From Macrostomum lignano (taxonomy: Eukaryota): 64,000 nt of DNA. A program made the position numbers and the translations under genes. The notes under the pieces are model-generated. The model searched no databases and was not told the DNA's origin. It saw only the letters and a list, made by a program, of their open reading frames with translations. Of this stretch, positions 48,601 to 59,207 are shown one piece after another; positions within the stretch are counted from its first letter, which is position 1; each line of letters begins with the position of its first letter. The stretch is from assembly GCA_002269645.1 (NCBI GenBank), contig NIVC01000920.1, positions 62,001 to 126,000 on the forward strand, read 5' to 3'.

Positions 48601-51600
48601 AGTTCATGTTTATGATACTTCGGGTTTGTGATAGTTCGGGTTTGTGATAGTTCGGGATTGTGATACAATATTTCGGGTTGTGATACAATATTTCGGGTTG
48701 TGATACAATATTTCGGGTTGTGATACAATATTTCGGGTTTGTGATATTTCGGGTTTATGATAGTTCGGGTTTGTGATAGTTCGGGTTTGTGATAGTTCGG
48801 GTTTGTGATAGTTCGGGTTTGTGATACAATATTTCGGGTTGTGATACAATATTTCGGGTTTGTGATATTTCGGGTTTGTGATATTTCGGGTTTGTGATAT
48901 TTCGGGTTTGTGATAGTTCGGGTTTGTGATACAATATTTCGGGTTTGTGATATTTCGGGTTTGTGATATTTCGGGTTTGTGATATTTCGGGTTTGTGATA
49001 GTTCGGGTTTGTGATAGTTCGGGTTTGTGATAGTTCGGGTTTGTGATAGTTCGGGTTTGTGATAGTTCGGGTTTGTGATAGTTCGGGTTTGTGATAGTTC
49101 GGGTTTGTGATACAATATTTCGGGTTTGTGATATTTCGGGTTTGTGATATTTCGGGTTTGTGATATTTCGGGTTTGTGATATTTCGGGTTTGTGATAGTT
49201 CGGGTTTGTGATAGTTCGGGTTTGTGATAGTTCGGGTTTGTGATAGTTCGGGTTTGTGATACAATATTTCGGGTTTGTGATATTTCGGGTTTGTGATATT
49301 TCGGGTTTGTGATATTTCGGGTTTGTGATATTTCGGGTTTGTGATACAATATTTCGGGTTTGTGATATTTCGGGTTTGTGATATTTCGGGTTTGTGATAA
49401 TTCGGGTTTATGATAGTTCGGGTTTGTGATAGTTCGGGTTTGTGATAGTTCGGGTTTGTGATAGTTCGGGTTTGTGATACAATATTTCGGGTTGTGATAC
49501 AATATTTCGGGTTTGTGATATTTCGGGTTTGTGATAGTTCGGGTTTGTGATATTTCGGGTTTGTGATATTTCGGGTTTGTGATATTTCGGGTTTGTGATA
49601 CAATATTTCGGGTTTGTGATATTTCGGGTTTGTGATATTTCGGGTTTGTGATATTTCGGGTTTGTGATATTTCGGGTTTGTGATATTTCGGGTTTGTGAT
49701 ATTTCGGGTTTGTGATATTTCGGGTTTATGATGGGAAGTGCTTTCGGAGTTGTAATTTTTTTGGGTTTATGATGGCGATCCCCTTGGGGGACTGGCCCTC
49801 ATGTGTGTGAAGCTCACGACAACCTCCCCAGCAAATTTTTCGTGCACACAAAGACTTCCACAACAAAGAAACTCTTAACAATTTTTAATGCAAAACTGCT
49901 CAAAAATGAACTCCAGGCACCCACCTCCGTCAAGTAGGTGACGGCCGCCAGCGCCTCGCCAACAGGCCGGCTGCCGAACCGCCTCTCCAGCCTCTCCAAC
50001 GCCCGCTCCATCAGCCGGCGAACCGGACAGCTCCCGTCTTCCAGCTCGCTTCGTCCGACTTTGAAATCCGAGCGCCAGGCCGACGCCCCAGCCATCGCCA
50101 GCCGCAGTCTCAGAGCCACTCCGCATCTGCAAGAGGACTCGACCTCGTTGCCAAGGACGCTACTCAGAGCCACGGCAAGCTGCCCAGCTCGCAGCCGGCG
50201 CCCGCGCCATCCCGACGCCAGAAGTCGAACGGCCGTCCTCTCGATCTCCAATTTCGAAGTCGGATCGGTCAGGCGCAGAACCGACTGGCAGCTGCAGCCC
50301 CAGTCCGATGCGGTTTCAGCTGAGCAGCTCGAAACGATTCGAACATTCGACGGCAGCTGCGCGGGCAGCCAGGCTAGGCTGGACAAAGAGCCTTCTAGAC
50401 GATCGAGTCCGGCGACAAAGATCCCCAGCCGGTGGCCGTGAGGTAGCAGGTGTAGACTGCTCAGGCGGCCCAGACAGGCCGCAAGGTGAGAGAACAGCTG
50501 AGAGTCCGACAGTTCTTTGATTCTGCGGGGGGGGGGTCAAGTTTGTCTGAATTACTCCTGGGACAAGAGATAGAAACCCTAGGATCTGAATCCTCGAAAA
50601 TTGGGAGCCGATCCTGATTGGAGATTGGAATTTAATTATTGAGGATCAGAATTCAAAATGGGGATTGAATGCCATGATTCATGACCAGGATCCCATGATT
50701 GAGGATAAGAATCCCATGATTGAGGATTAAAATCCCATGATTGGGGACCAGAATCTCATGATTGGGGATCAGAATCTCATGATTGAGGATTAGAAAGAAT
50801 CCCATGATTGAGGATTAAAATCCCATGATTGGGGACTAAAATCATGATTGTGAATCAGAATCCCATGATTAGGGATCATAATCCCATGATTGGGGATCAG
50901 GATCCCACGATTGAGGATTGAAATTCCATGATTGGGGATTAAATCCAATTATTAGGGATCAGAATCCCATGATTCAGGATCAGAATCACATGATTGAGGA
51001 TCAGAATCACAAGATTGGGGATTAAATCCTATGATTGGGGATCAGAATCCCATGATGGGGATCAGAATCCCATGATTGGGGATCAGAATCCCATGATTGA
51101 GGATCAGAATCTTATGATTGGGGATCAGAATCCCATGATTTGGGATCAGAATCCCATGATTGAGGATCAGAATCCCATGATTGAGGATCAGAATCCCATG
51201 ATTGAGGATCAGAATCCCATGATGGGGATCAGAATCCCATGATTGAGGATCAGAATCCCATGATTGGGGACCAGAATCTCATGATTGGGATCAGAATCTC
51301 ATGATTGAGGACCAGAATCCCATGATTGAGGATCAGAATCCCATGATTGAGGATCAGAATCCCATGATTGGGGATCGGAATCCCATGATTGGGGATCAGA
51401 ATCCCATGATTGGGGATCAGAATCCCATGATTGGGGATCAGAATCCCATGATTGAGGATCAGAATCCCATGATGGGGATCAGAATCTCATGATTGAGGAT
51501 CAGAATCCCATGATGGGGATCAGAATCTCATGATTGAGGATCAGAATCCCAGGATTGGGGATCAGAACCCCAGGGATTTGGGATCAGGATATATGAAGGC

Positions 51601-52427
51601 AGTTGGATCCCAGTCAGGGAGTGACTCACTCGTCCTCCCCCGCAAAGCCCTCATCGCCGTAGACGCCTCGCAGCTGCCTCAGGAGGCTCCTCACGATGCC
51701 GCCGCAGCAGCCGAGCTCGGAGTCGCTGCCAGCCAGTCGAAACAGCACCACCGTCGAGTCCTTCGCTACCATGGTCAGCCGAGTGGATGCGTCAGCTAGT
51801 AGCGTCGATTTACCGACGCCAGGCGGACCGACAACCAGCAGCGGCGCAGTGGAGGCGCCAGCAGACGCGGCATATTCCATCACGGCGCGGCGCGCTTGGC
51901 GCCAGGAGCTAAAATCTTTGTCAAAATCGGCGCCATCCTGATCGGCATCCTCGCAGCTGATTGCCGCCATCCGCAGCAGACGTCGACGAACCCGAAGATG
52001 ACCGGCAGCGGCTTCAATCAGCAGCGGCGGCACTACCGGCTGAACCGCTTGCTGCTGGGCAAATTCGATGCGGCTGCGAGCCGAGAACAGAAACTCCTCG
52101 GCTGTGGAGCACCGGAGCAGGGCGGAGTCGTCAAAGGATTCCAGAGCATCCCTGTCGGCGTCTTCAAAGGCCGCCCCGGTGGCCCAGGCGGTTGGCAGGC
52201 CGCCCAGACCGGCGATGGCGGCAGCGGCGGCTCGCATTGAAGTCAGCAGGGCGGCCGCCTCGGAGCGCCAGGCAGCTGCGGCTGCGGCGGCTGCGCGTAC
52301 GTCAGCGCTGAGATATTCTGGGTGGCGACTGCTCACCTGGGAGGAATAAAATGGTGACAGTTGGACAGGTAGTCTAGTTAGTTAGTTAGTTAGTTAGTTA
52401 GTCAGTTAGTTAGTTAGTCAGTCAGTC

Positions 52428-52466
<39 letters not shown>

Positions 52467-52495
52467 CAGTTAGTTAGTTAGTCAGTCAGTCAGTC

Positions 52496-52534
<39 letters not shown>

Positions 52535-52535
52535 C

Positions 52536-52582
<47 letters not shown>

Positions 52583-52607
52583 CAGTTAGTTAGTTAGTCA
52601 GTCAGTC

Positions 52608-52650
<43 letters not shown>

Positions 52651-52655
52651 CAGTC

Positions 52656-52704
<49 letters not shown>

Positions 52705-52719
52705 ATTAGTTAGTTAGTC

Positions 52720-52780
<61 letters not shown>

Positions 52781-52791
52781 ATTAGTTAGTC

Positions 52792-52823
<32 letters not shown>

Positions 52824-53794
52824 GATGTAGGTAGCTAATTAGTTGATGTAGGCAGCTAATTAGTTGATGTAGGCAGCTAATTATAACAGCTCCTAATCTC
52901 ACTCACGGGCAGCAGGCAATACTGGGCAGGCTGCGCATTCTCATCCAGCTGGTACCAGCGCCTCAGGCGGTCCTCATCTCCGGCATTCATAACCCGGGCC
53001 AGCTGGTCCAGCACAGACTGGGGCACGGACTCTGGCGGCGCTCTGAACGCTTCAGCCTCTTCATTTCCAGGTCCACCGACGGTCGCCCAGCAAATTGCCG
53101 GGCCTCGCGACTGTCGAAGGCATCGACGAAGTTCGTCGCGGCGAACACTTGCCAGACTGTGATCGTCCAGTTCTGAACAACCGACTCCAGAGCTGAGGTC
53201 AATCAAGGTCAAATTGAGAGGAGGACCAAAGCTTCGTCGACGGCAATATTCGGCGAGCTCTGATTGGCAGGAGGCGATCATTTGGCTGACGAACTCCGAG
53301 TCTGAGAGGCAGTGTGTACAAGAATGGATAAGCCATTGACAATTGCTTTCAAATAAACATACTGCAATGTGAATCGTAGAGGATTAGCGGCACATCAAAC
53401 GGATCGGAAGGATTGGGATTAGCGGGATATCAAAGGGATTAGATGGGGATTAGCGGCATATCAAAGGGATTAGGTGGGGATTAGCGGCATATCAAAGGGA
53501 TTAGATGGGGATTAGCAGCAAATCAAAGGGATTAGATGGGGATTAGCGGCATATCAAAGGGATTAGGTGGGGATTAGCAGCAAATCAAAGGGATTAGGTG
53601 GGGATTAGCGGCATATCAAAGGGATTAGATGGGAATTAGCGATCTATCAAACTGCAATGGAAACCAGGGCATTACCTTGACCATCGGCACTGACAAAGCA
53701 GATTCTGACAACACAGGGTTTCGGCAGCAACTCTCCATGCTTCAGGACACCACGCAGCAAATGTTGCGGATTGCTGAACTTCTTCTTTTGCTTT
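39634..53794 (-). CDS. NACHT + WD40 repeat STAND protein (NWD1/NWD2-like), at least 11 exons, ~1760 aa, 5' exon(s) not located
   Basis: Exons 53794-53676, 53301-52907, 52336-51630, 50522-49925, 47073-46715, 46041-45580, 44853-43398, 42641-42206, 41004-40754(or 40712), 40589-40308, 39858-39634, all phase-consistent; VVRICFVS N-terminus, Walker A GPPGVGKST, Walker B IFVAGLDRL, LAWLPAQLPSNV, GISESEL..WARLRRD, WD VTASLDGTLRIW. Confidence 0.85.
41150..42060. repeat. (GGAAT)n pentamer satellite
   Basis: GGAAT/GGATT units; intronic in the NWD-like gene. Confidence 0.95.
42815..43345. repeat. 14-bp minisatellite (GGGATCTGAGCTAT)
   Basis: 14-bp period; NWD-like intron. Confidence 0.95.
44985..45465. 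repeat. 19-bp minisatellite (AAGGGTTGCTACGGTAGCT)
   Basis: 19-bp period; NWD-like intron. Confidence 0.92.
46125..46690. repeat. 32-bp minisatellite (AGACACACTTTGTGTCCTAGCTCATAAGGCAC)
   Basis: 32-bp period; NWD-like intron. Confidence 0.95.
47280..49781. mobile_element. Non-autonomous Mutator-like element consisting mostly of a 16/21-bp tandem array
   Basis: Imperfect TIRs (CATCACAAACCCGAAA.. at both ends, inverted); 9-bp direct repeat CCTTGGGGG at 47271-47279 and 49782-49790; internal (GGGTTTGTGATATTTC)n. Confidence 0.8.
50680..51585. repeat. 21-bp minisatellite (GATCAGAATCCCATGATTGAG)
   Basis: 21-bp period; NWD-like intron. Confidence 0.95.
52375..52825. repeat. (TAGT)n microsatellite, read as (CTAA)n on the transcribed strand
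   Basis: About 110 tetranucleotide units; NWD-like intron. Confidence 0.97.
53385..53640. repeat. 31-bp minisatellite (GGGATTAGCGGCATATCAAAGGGATTAGATG)
   Basis: 31-bp period; NWD-like intron. Confidence 0.92.
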
Positions 53795-54527
53795 CTACAA
53801 TACCAGTTGCAAAGTTAAGAGACTAAGGGTACTAGATATGAATGAATTCCATAAGCTTAAAAGGCTAGTGTTAGAGCTGCTTCTACATGCAAAAGTCTAA
53901 AGCATTGCTATTTTGAACTCTATGTCAATGTTTATTGTCAATTCAAAACAATTCAAATAAATGTGTTTAATTAGATCAAATCTACACAAATTAAAGTTTA
54001 GTTGTTTGTACAAAAACAGAGTTGTTATTTTGACAAGTTCAAGTCGCAAGGTTAAATTTAAGCTCTGAAAAAGGCATTTTTATCATACTGGCTTTTTGCT
54101 TCTTTCACCAACAAAATTTGTCCTCCGCTACCAATAGTGTAGTTGTGATCCTTTAAAATTAATAATAGCAAAAATTAGAGCAATAGATAATGCTTAGAAC
54201 TTAATTTTTATGTGATACTCATTGCATAAAAATCAGATGATATAGAATAGTAAAAATACTTACATAAGCAGTTGGTGTCAACAGATGTAGATTATTACTC
54301 ATTTTAACAAACAAATGAAAGCTCTGAAATAGCGAGAAATAAAACCATTATTAAATACTTTTTAATAAAAAACAACCTTTATGCTATTATCTAATTAGAA
54401 TTATAATAAAAAAATCTACAACATATCCACTTTACAACACTTTCTTCACATAATAAAAAATTATTCATTTTGTTTTAAGAGTACCTTTTAGAAAATTGTT
54501 TACTTCAGGTGCATTAAGCTTAGCTAT

Positions 54528-55060
54528 ATATTATTATTATTATTATTATTATTATTAAAAGGATGCTAGTGCAGGTTAGCGAAGCACCCATTGGTAGAAA
54601 ACAGCTAAGTCCAGCCTAGCTGCAGACTGAGAGGTAAGGCCCAGAGCCTGCAAGTCAGTGAAAAAAGTGTCAGCCAGAGTGGTGCCCCATGTGTTAGCCC
54701 ACAGGCAGTGGCTGATCAACATCTGGCATTGCCTCTGCAAAGTGCAACCCAGGGGCAGCATGCAGGTCCAGGCTACCAGCTCAGCATTGCACATATGCTC
54801 AGGGAACTAGATGCCCATGGCATTGCGCAGGAGGTGACGATGGCAAGCCTCTAAGCACACCTCACGAGTGGCAGTCATAGGGACAGCTTCTATCTTATAG
54901 GTCAGCACCATCTCAACTGCCGAGCAGAAGAAGGCAGCCTTTAGGCTATCAGAGGTGAGTTGGTAGTTGAAGATGTTTTTATTGCACAGAGCCAGCTACA
55001 TGATATAGTCAATCAGGATAACAAATAGAAATAGTGATAGGGTGTCACTTTGCAAGACCA
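54528..55060 (-). mobile_element. Old degenerate RTE-clade LINE fragment
   Basis: Decayed ..LQSDTLSLFLFVILIDYIM.. and ..AFFCSAVEMVLTY..LLRNAMG.. motifs; (TAA)n tail on the element strand. Confidence 0.65.
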
Positions 55061-56365
55061 GAGGTAGATTTGCATTAGGCATAGCTATATACAATTGGCT
55101 ATACAAAGCATATATGCTAAGAAGGCTTAGTTAGATAAAGCTGAAATCTATCAATGATATTATATAATATAGATAGTTTTGATCATAATTACAATCAAAA
55201 TTATGAAAAAAAGATATTTTGTCTTTAGAATTGATTTCCTATTGACCTATAGGCTATAGTATTAATGCTATGGTATAAATAACTACTATAAAGATTAAAT
55301 ATAAAAGCATATACCAATTCAACTTTTATAGTAATTTAACAATAAAAATTAAAATTCAGATCAATTTGCTCTTATTAAAAACTTAAGGTTATCACAATAA
55401 CCTTACAATTATAATCACAATTGTCTATTACAATTAGACAATAAAGTCAGATATTATACTATGATAGCTAGGAGAAATAAATATAATTTACATATTATAA
55501 ATCGTAAAAAAATAAATACCTTTTGTACACTGGAGTTTCTTTAAATGAAAGGAGAGACTTTTAAAAACTAAAAAGCATATCAACTTAAAAAATGAATAAT
55601 ACTTAGTTATTTAAAGTAAAAGCATTACTAAGCATGGTATTATAAGATTAGAGCTTATTTTCCTTTTTGGGATATAATTCTAATAATTATAAAATAGAGA
55701 GGGTATTATTTTATAGGGTGCAATATAGTAATAAGTAGAATATTTTGTAGAAAAAAAACAATACATTAGATGAGCAAAATTAAACATATTTTAATGTACA
55801 GATAATTAAAAATTATTACATTCAGTAGGAACATTTTATATTCAAAAACAGACCTCTAGTAAGAGCAAAACTTAATTAAAAGTATTCAATTCATTGTTAT
55901 ATGGTCCAAGTATTATGTCGTCTAGTTTGCAAAAAACATAGGAATAATTTTTTTTTTAATTTTCGCTTTCCCTGCTGCTTGGGCCAAATTTAAGATCGCT
56001 TAATCTGAAATTGAAATATTGCAATTATCGCAGTTTAGAAATTCAAGGCTTCTAATATATATGAAGTGTCTGTTTATGATTCTTTGTTAATATTAGCAAA
56101 TTACTATATGAGCAATCCCATGCTAAAAAAATGAGAGTAAAACTTTTGTTTAAGAAATCATAATTTTTGTTTAATACGTGCGTGTACATCTTTGATCCAA
56201 AGTGCCGGTACGTCTGCGCATTATGTTCCCTTTTTAAATGACAGCTACTCGAATACTATCGTAACCTAAAAACTAGGCGTCTGAAATAAATAAATTCGCT
56301 TATTCCATTCGAGAAAAACCACAAGATTTCCAAGGACTAGGCCTACTCAAGTAGAGGGACGGGAT

Positions 56366-57122
56366 CAGGGGCGTCGCCATGGATTTTATGGTGGGGGGAT
56401 AAAGCCAAGAATTCAACATGTACTCATTTTGGCGACGCAGGCACTAATTTTGGCGCCGCAGGCACTTTTTTTAACGCCGCAGGCACTCATTTTAGCGCCG
56501 CAGACACTCATTTTAGCGTCGCAGGCCCTCATTTTGGCGCCGAAGGCACTCATTTTGGCGTCGCAGGCACTCATTTTAGCGTCGCAGGCACTCATTTTAG
56601 CGTCGCAGACACTTATTTTAGCGCCGCAGACACTCATTTTAGCGTCGCAGGCCCTCATTTTAGCGTTACAGGCACTCATTTTAGCGTCGCAGGCCCTCAT
56701 TTTAGCGCCGCAGGCACTCATTTTGGCGCCGAAGGCACTCATTTTGGCGTCGCAGGCACTCATTTTAGCGTCGCAGGCACTCATTTTAGCGTCGCAGACA
56801 CTTATTTTAGCGCCGCAGACACTCATTTTAGCGTCGCAGGCCCTCATTTTAGCGTTGCAGGCACTCATTTTGGCGCCGAAGGCACTCATTTTGGCGTCGC
56901 AGGCACTCATTTTAGCGTCGCAGGCACTCATTTTAGCGTCGCAGACACTCATTTTGGCGCCGAAGGCGCTATATTTTGGCGCCCTGAAGAAAAATTATTG
57001 ATTACCACAACGGGTCGCAACTGATCGGCTGGGGGGGGGGACAAAGCATGGCATGTCCCCCATAGCTTTTACTGTGGGGGGGGGGAACATGTCCCCCTGT
57101 CCCCCCGGTGGCGACGCGCCTG
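56366..57122. mobile_element. Non-autonomous hAT-like element carrying a 21-bp array (GCACTCATTTTAGCGTCGCAG)
   Basis: 14-bp TIRs CAGGGGCGTCGCCA / TGGCGACGCGCCTG (13/14); flanks GACGGGAT/GACGAGAA (6/8, TSD-like); array 56430-56985. Confidence 0.78.
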
Positions 57123-57221
57123 GACGAGAAACTACGTTTCTTGAAAAATTTTAGGAGGTGCAGGTTTACCGAAAAATACTTTACGGAGATAGGAAGGCTT
57201 CATTTATTCAGCACTAAAAAT

Positions 57222-58943
57222 AATAATAATAATAATAATAACAATAGTTACGCCCCACGCCAGCCACGGGAGTGGCCAAGAGGGGGGAGCGTCAAATCGC
57301 GCGTTTCAGAGCTAGGTCTCTAATGTGCTTCACACCGGCCGCCTGGCTGGGTGCTCGCGCGTTTTCAAAAAGGCGGTCGACGTAGCGGGCTGATCGTCCC
57401 TGGCCACGCCTGCGCGGTCCCTGCGGGGTCCACAACACGACGTCCTGCAGCGGCTCTGGGCAGTAGGCTTCGGCCCGGATGACATGTCCGGCAAGCCGCA
57501 GGCGCCGCTGACTCAGTAAGGCAGAAGGCCGCGTCAGGCCTGTGCGCTTGTACAGGGACTCGGTTGTCTCGCTGCCAGGGCCGCGGCGGGCGCCAAAAGC
57601 GGCGCGGACTAGGGCCGCATGCGCCGCGTCGAGCTGCGCCTCAAGCGCCCCGGTAAGCGTCCAGGTCTCAGCATTGTACAGCAGGGCGGTCTCAACAACC
57701 GCCTGGAACAGCTGGGACCTGGCGCCGTCGGACAGGGCCTCGGAGAGCAGCACCGCCCGCACAGATCGGAAGGCAGCCCAGGCCTTGCCGCGCCGCCTCG
57801 TTAGGTCGTCACCGACGTCCGGCACCAGTCCGCCGAGGTAGACGAACTGAAGGCACTTCGGGAGCGCCGTCCCGGGGCCGTCGCCGTCTCGAAGTCGAAT
57901 CTCGGCGGGTAGATCATGCGGCACCGTCAGCACCTCGGTCTTCCTGGCGTTGATAACGAGACCGACCCGCGCCGTCCAGCAGCCGTTGGGCGCCTTCGGC
58001 CGTCGAAGACAGCAGGGCGAGGTCGTCCGCGTAGCCAAGGATAGACAGTTTCTTCTCCGGGTGCCGTCTACTGGTGCACCTTTGCAGCAGAAAGCCGTCC
58101 TCTGATGTCGTTCACCAGCACGAAGAGAAAGGGCGCCAGAGTGTCACCCTGTAGCACTCCGGACGTCGTGCTAAACAGGTCCGACGGTCCGTCTGGCGTC
58201 GCTACCGCGGCGGTGGTGTCCTGATACAGCGCCATGATGGCGGAGATCAGCTGCTGCGGTACGTTGTAGGCACGGAGCACGTGAGGCAGCGCGCCGCGCG
58301 CCACCGAGTCGAAGGCCTTGAGGAAGTCAACAAAGATGACAATAAGGCTTGACTGGTGGATGCGCGCCTCCTCGATGATGCGGCGGAGGGCCAGGATCTG
58401 CGTCACCGTACCGCGACGGGGGCGGAACCCGTTCTGCTCGTACCGCAGGAACGAGTCCAGCACGGGCTGTAACCGTGCTAATAGCACCCGGATGAACAGC
58501 TTCGCGGTACAGGACATGAGCGAGATTCCACGATGCTCCTCCTTCCGTGTAGTGCCCGGCTTCTTCGGGATGCCGACGATGTTGGCCTTGGTCCACTCGC
58601 GGGGCGCGGGGCCTCCCGCCAGGACGCCGTTCATCACGCGGGCCACCTCAGTGGCAACCCTTGTGATTCGCAGCGCCTCGACGGGGACCTCGTCCGGGCC
58701 GGGGGCGCGGCCTCCCGGAGCCCTGCGGGCGAATTCCACGACGTCGGTGCTGGTCACAGGACGGGTGTCGAAGTCCTCCTGCCGCGGCAGCGCCACCTCG
58801 GGGGGCAGCGGCATCTCGTTCGGCAGAGTCGGCGGCGGCGCGTTGACAATGGCGGCGAAGGAGGTGCGCAGCTCGTTTCTGCGCTCTTCGGCCGTGTCGC
58901 CTGCCAGGTTGAGCGAAGTCTTCTTTTTTTCTAAAAACATTTT
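57222..58943 (-). mobile_element. 5'-truncated RTE-clade non-LTR retrotransposon (RT domain, frameshifted)
   Basis: YEQNGFRPRR, FVDFLKAFDSV, GVLQGDTLAPFLF, LGYADD, GLVINARKTE, FVYLGG, RLRLAGHVIR; (ATT)n tail; candidate TSD CTAAAAAT at 57214-57221 and 58944-58951. Confidence 0.92.
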
Positions 58944-58994
58944 CTAAAAATGTATAGCTTTTGATAGGAGACAGACCCAATCTTTTACGTATCT

Positions 58995-59207
58995 CGTATC
59001 TTCTGATAGCAGCAGGCAGCACTTGGCTCATTTTTTGGTGCCACAGCAGGCGCTGGGCATGTTTTGGCGCCCGAAGCAAAATTATTGATTTCCACAACTG
59101 GTCATATTTGGTTTGGTGGTGGCGGGAAACAAAGCACTGTCATGTCCCCCCATAGCTTTTACTGGGGACATGCCCCCCCTGTTCACTCCCGTTTGGCGAC
59201 GCCCCTG
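58995..59207. mobile_element. Partial second copy of the hAT-like element (one end only)
   Basis: Homologous to 56975-57122; ends in perfect TGGCGACGCCCCTG. Confidence 0.7.

Noticed and set aside
52375-52825. Interstitial telomere repeat
   Set aside because: Unit is TAGT, not TTAGGG or TTAGG
343-57001. Long repetitive ORFs (e.g. 343..804, 3594..4181, 9427..10899 C-terminal part, 17505..18236, 41180..41923, 47823..49502, 56413..56952)
   Set aside because: They are translations of tandem arrays whose units lack stops, open in several frames and lie in introns or TEs
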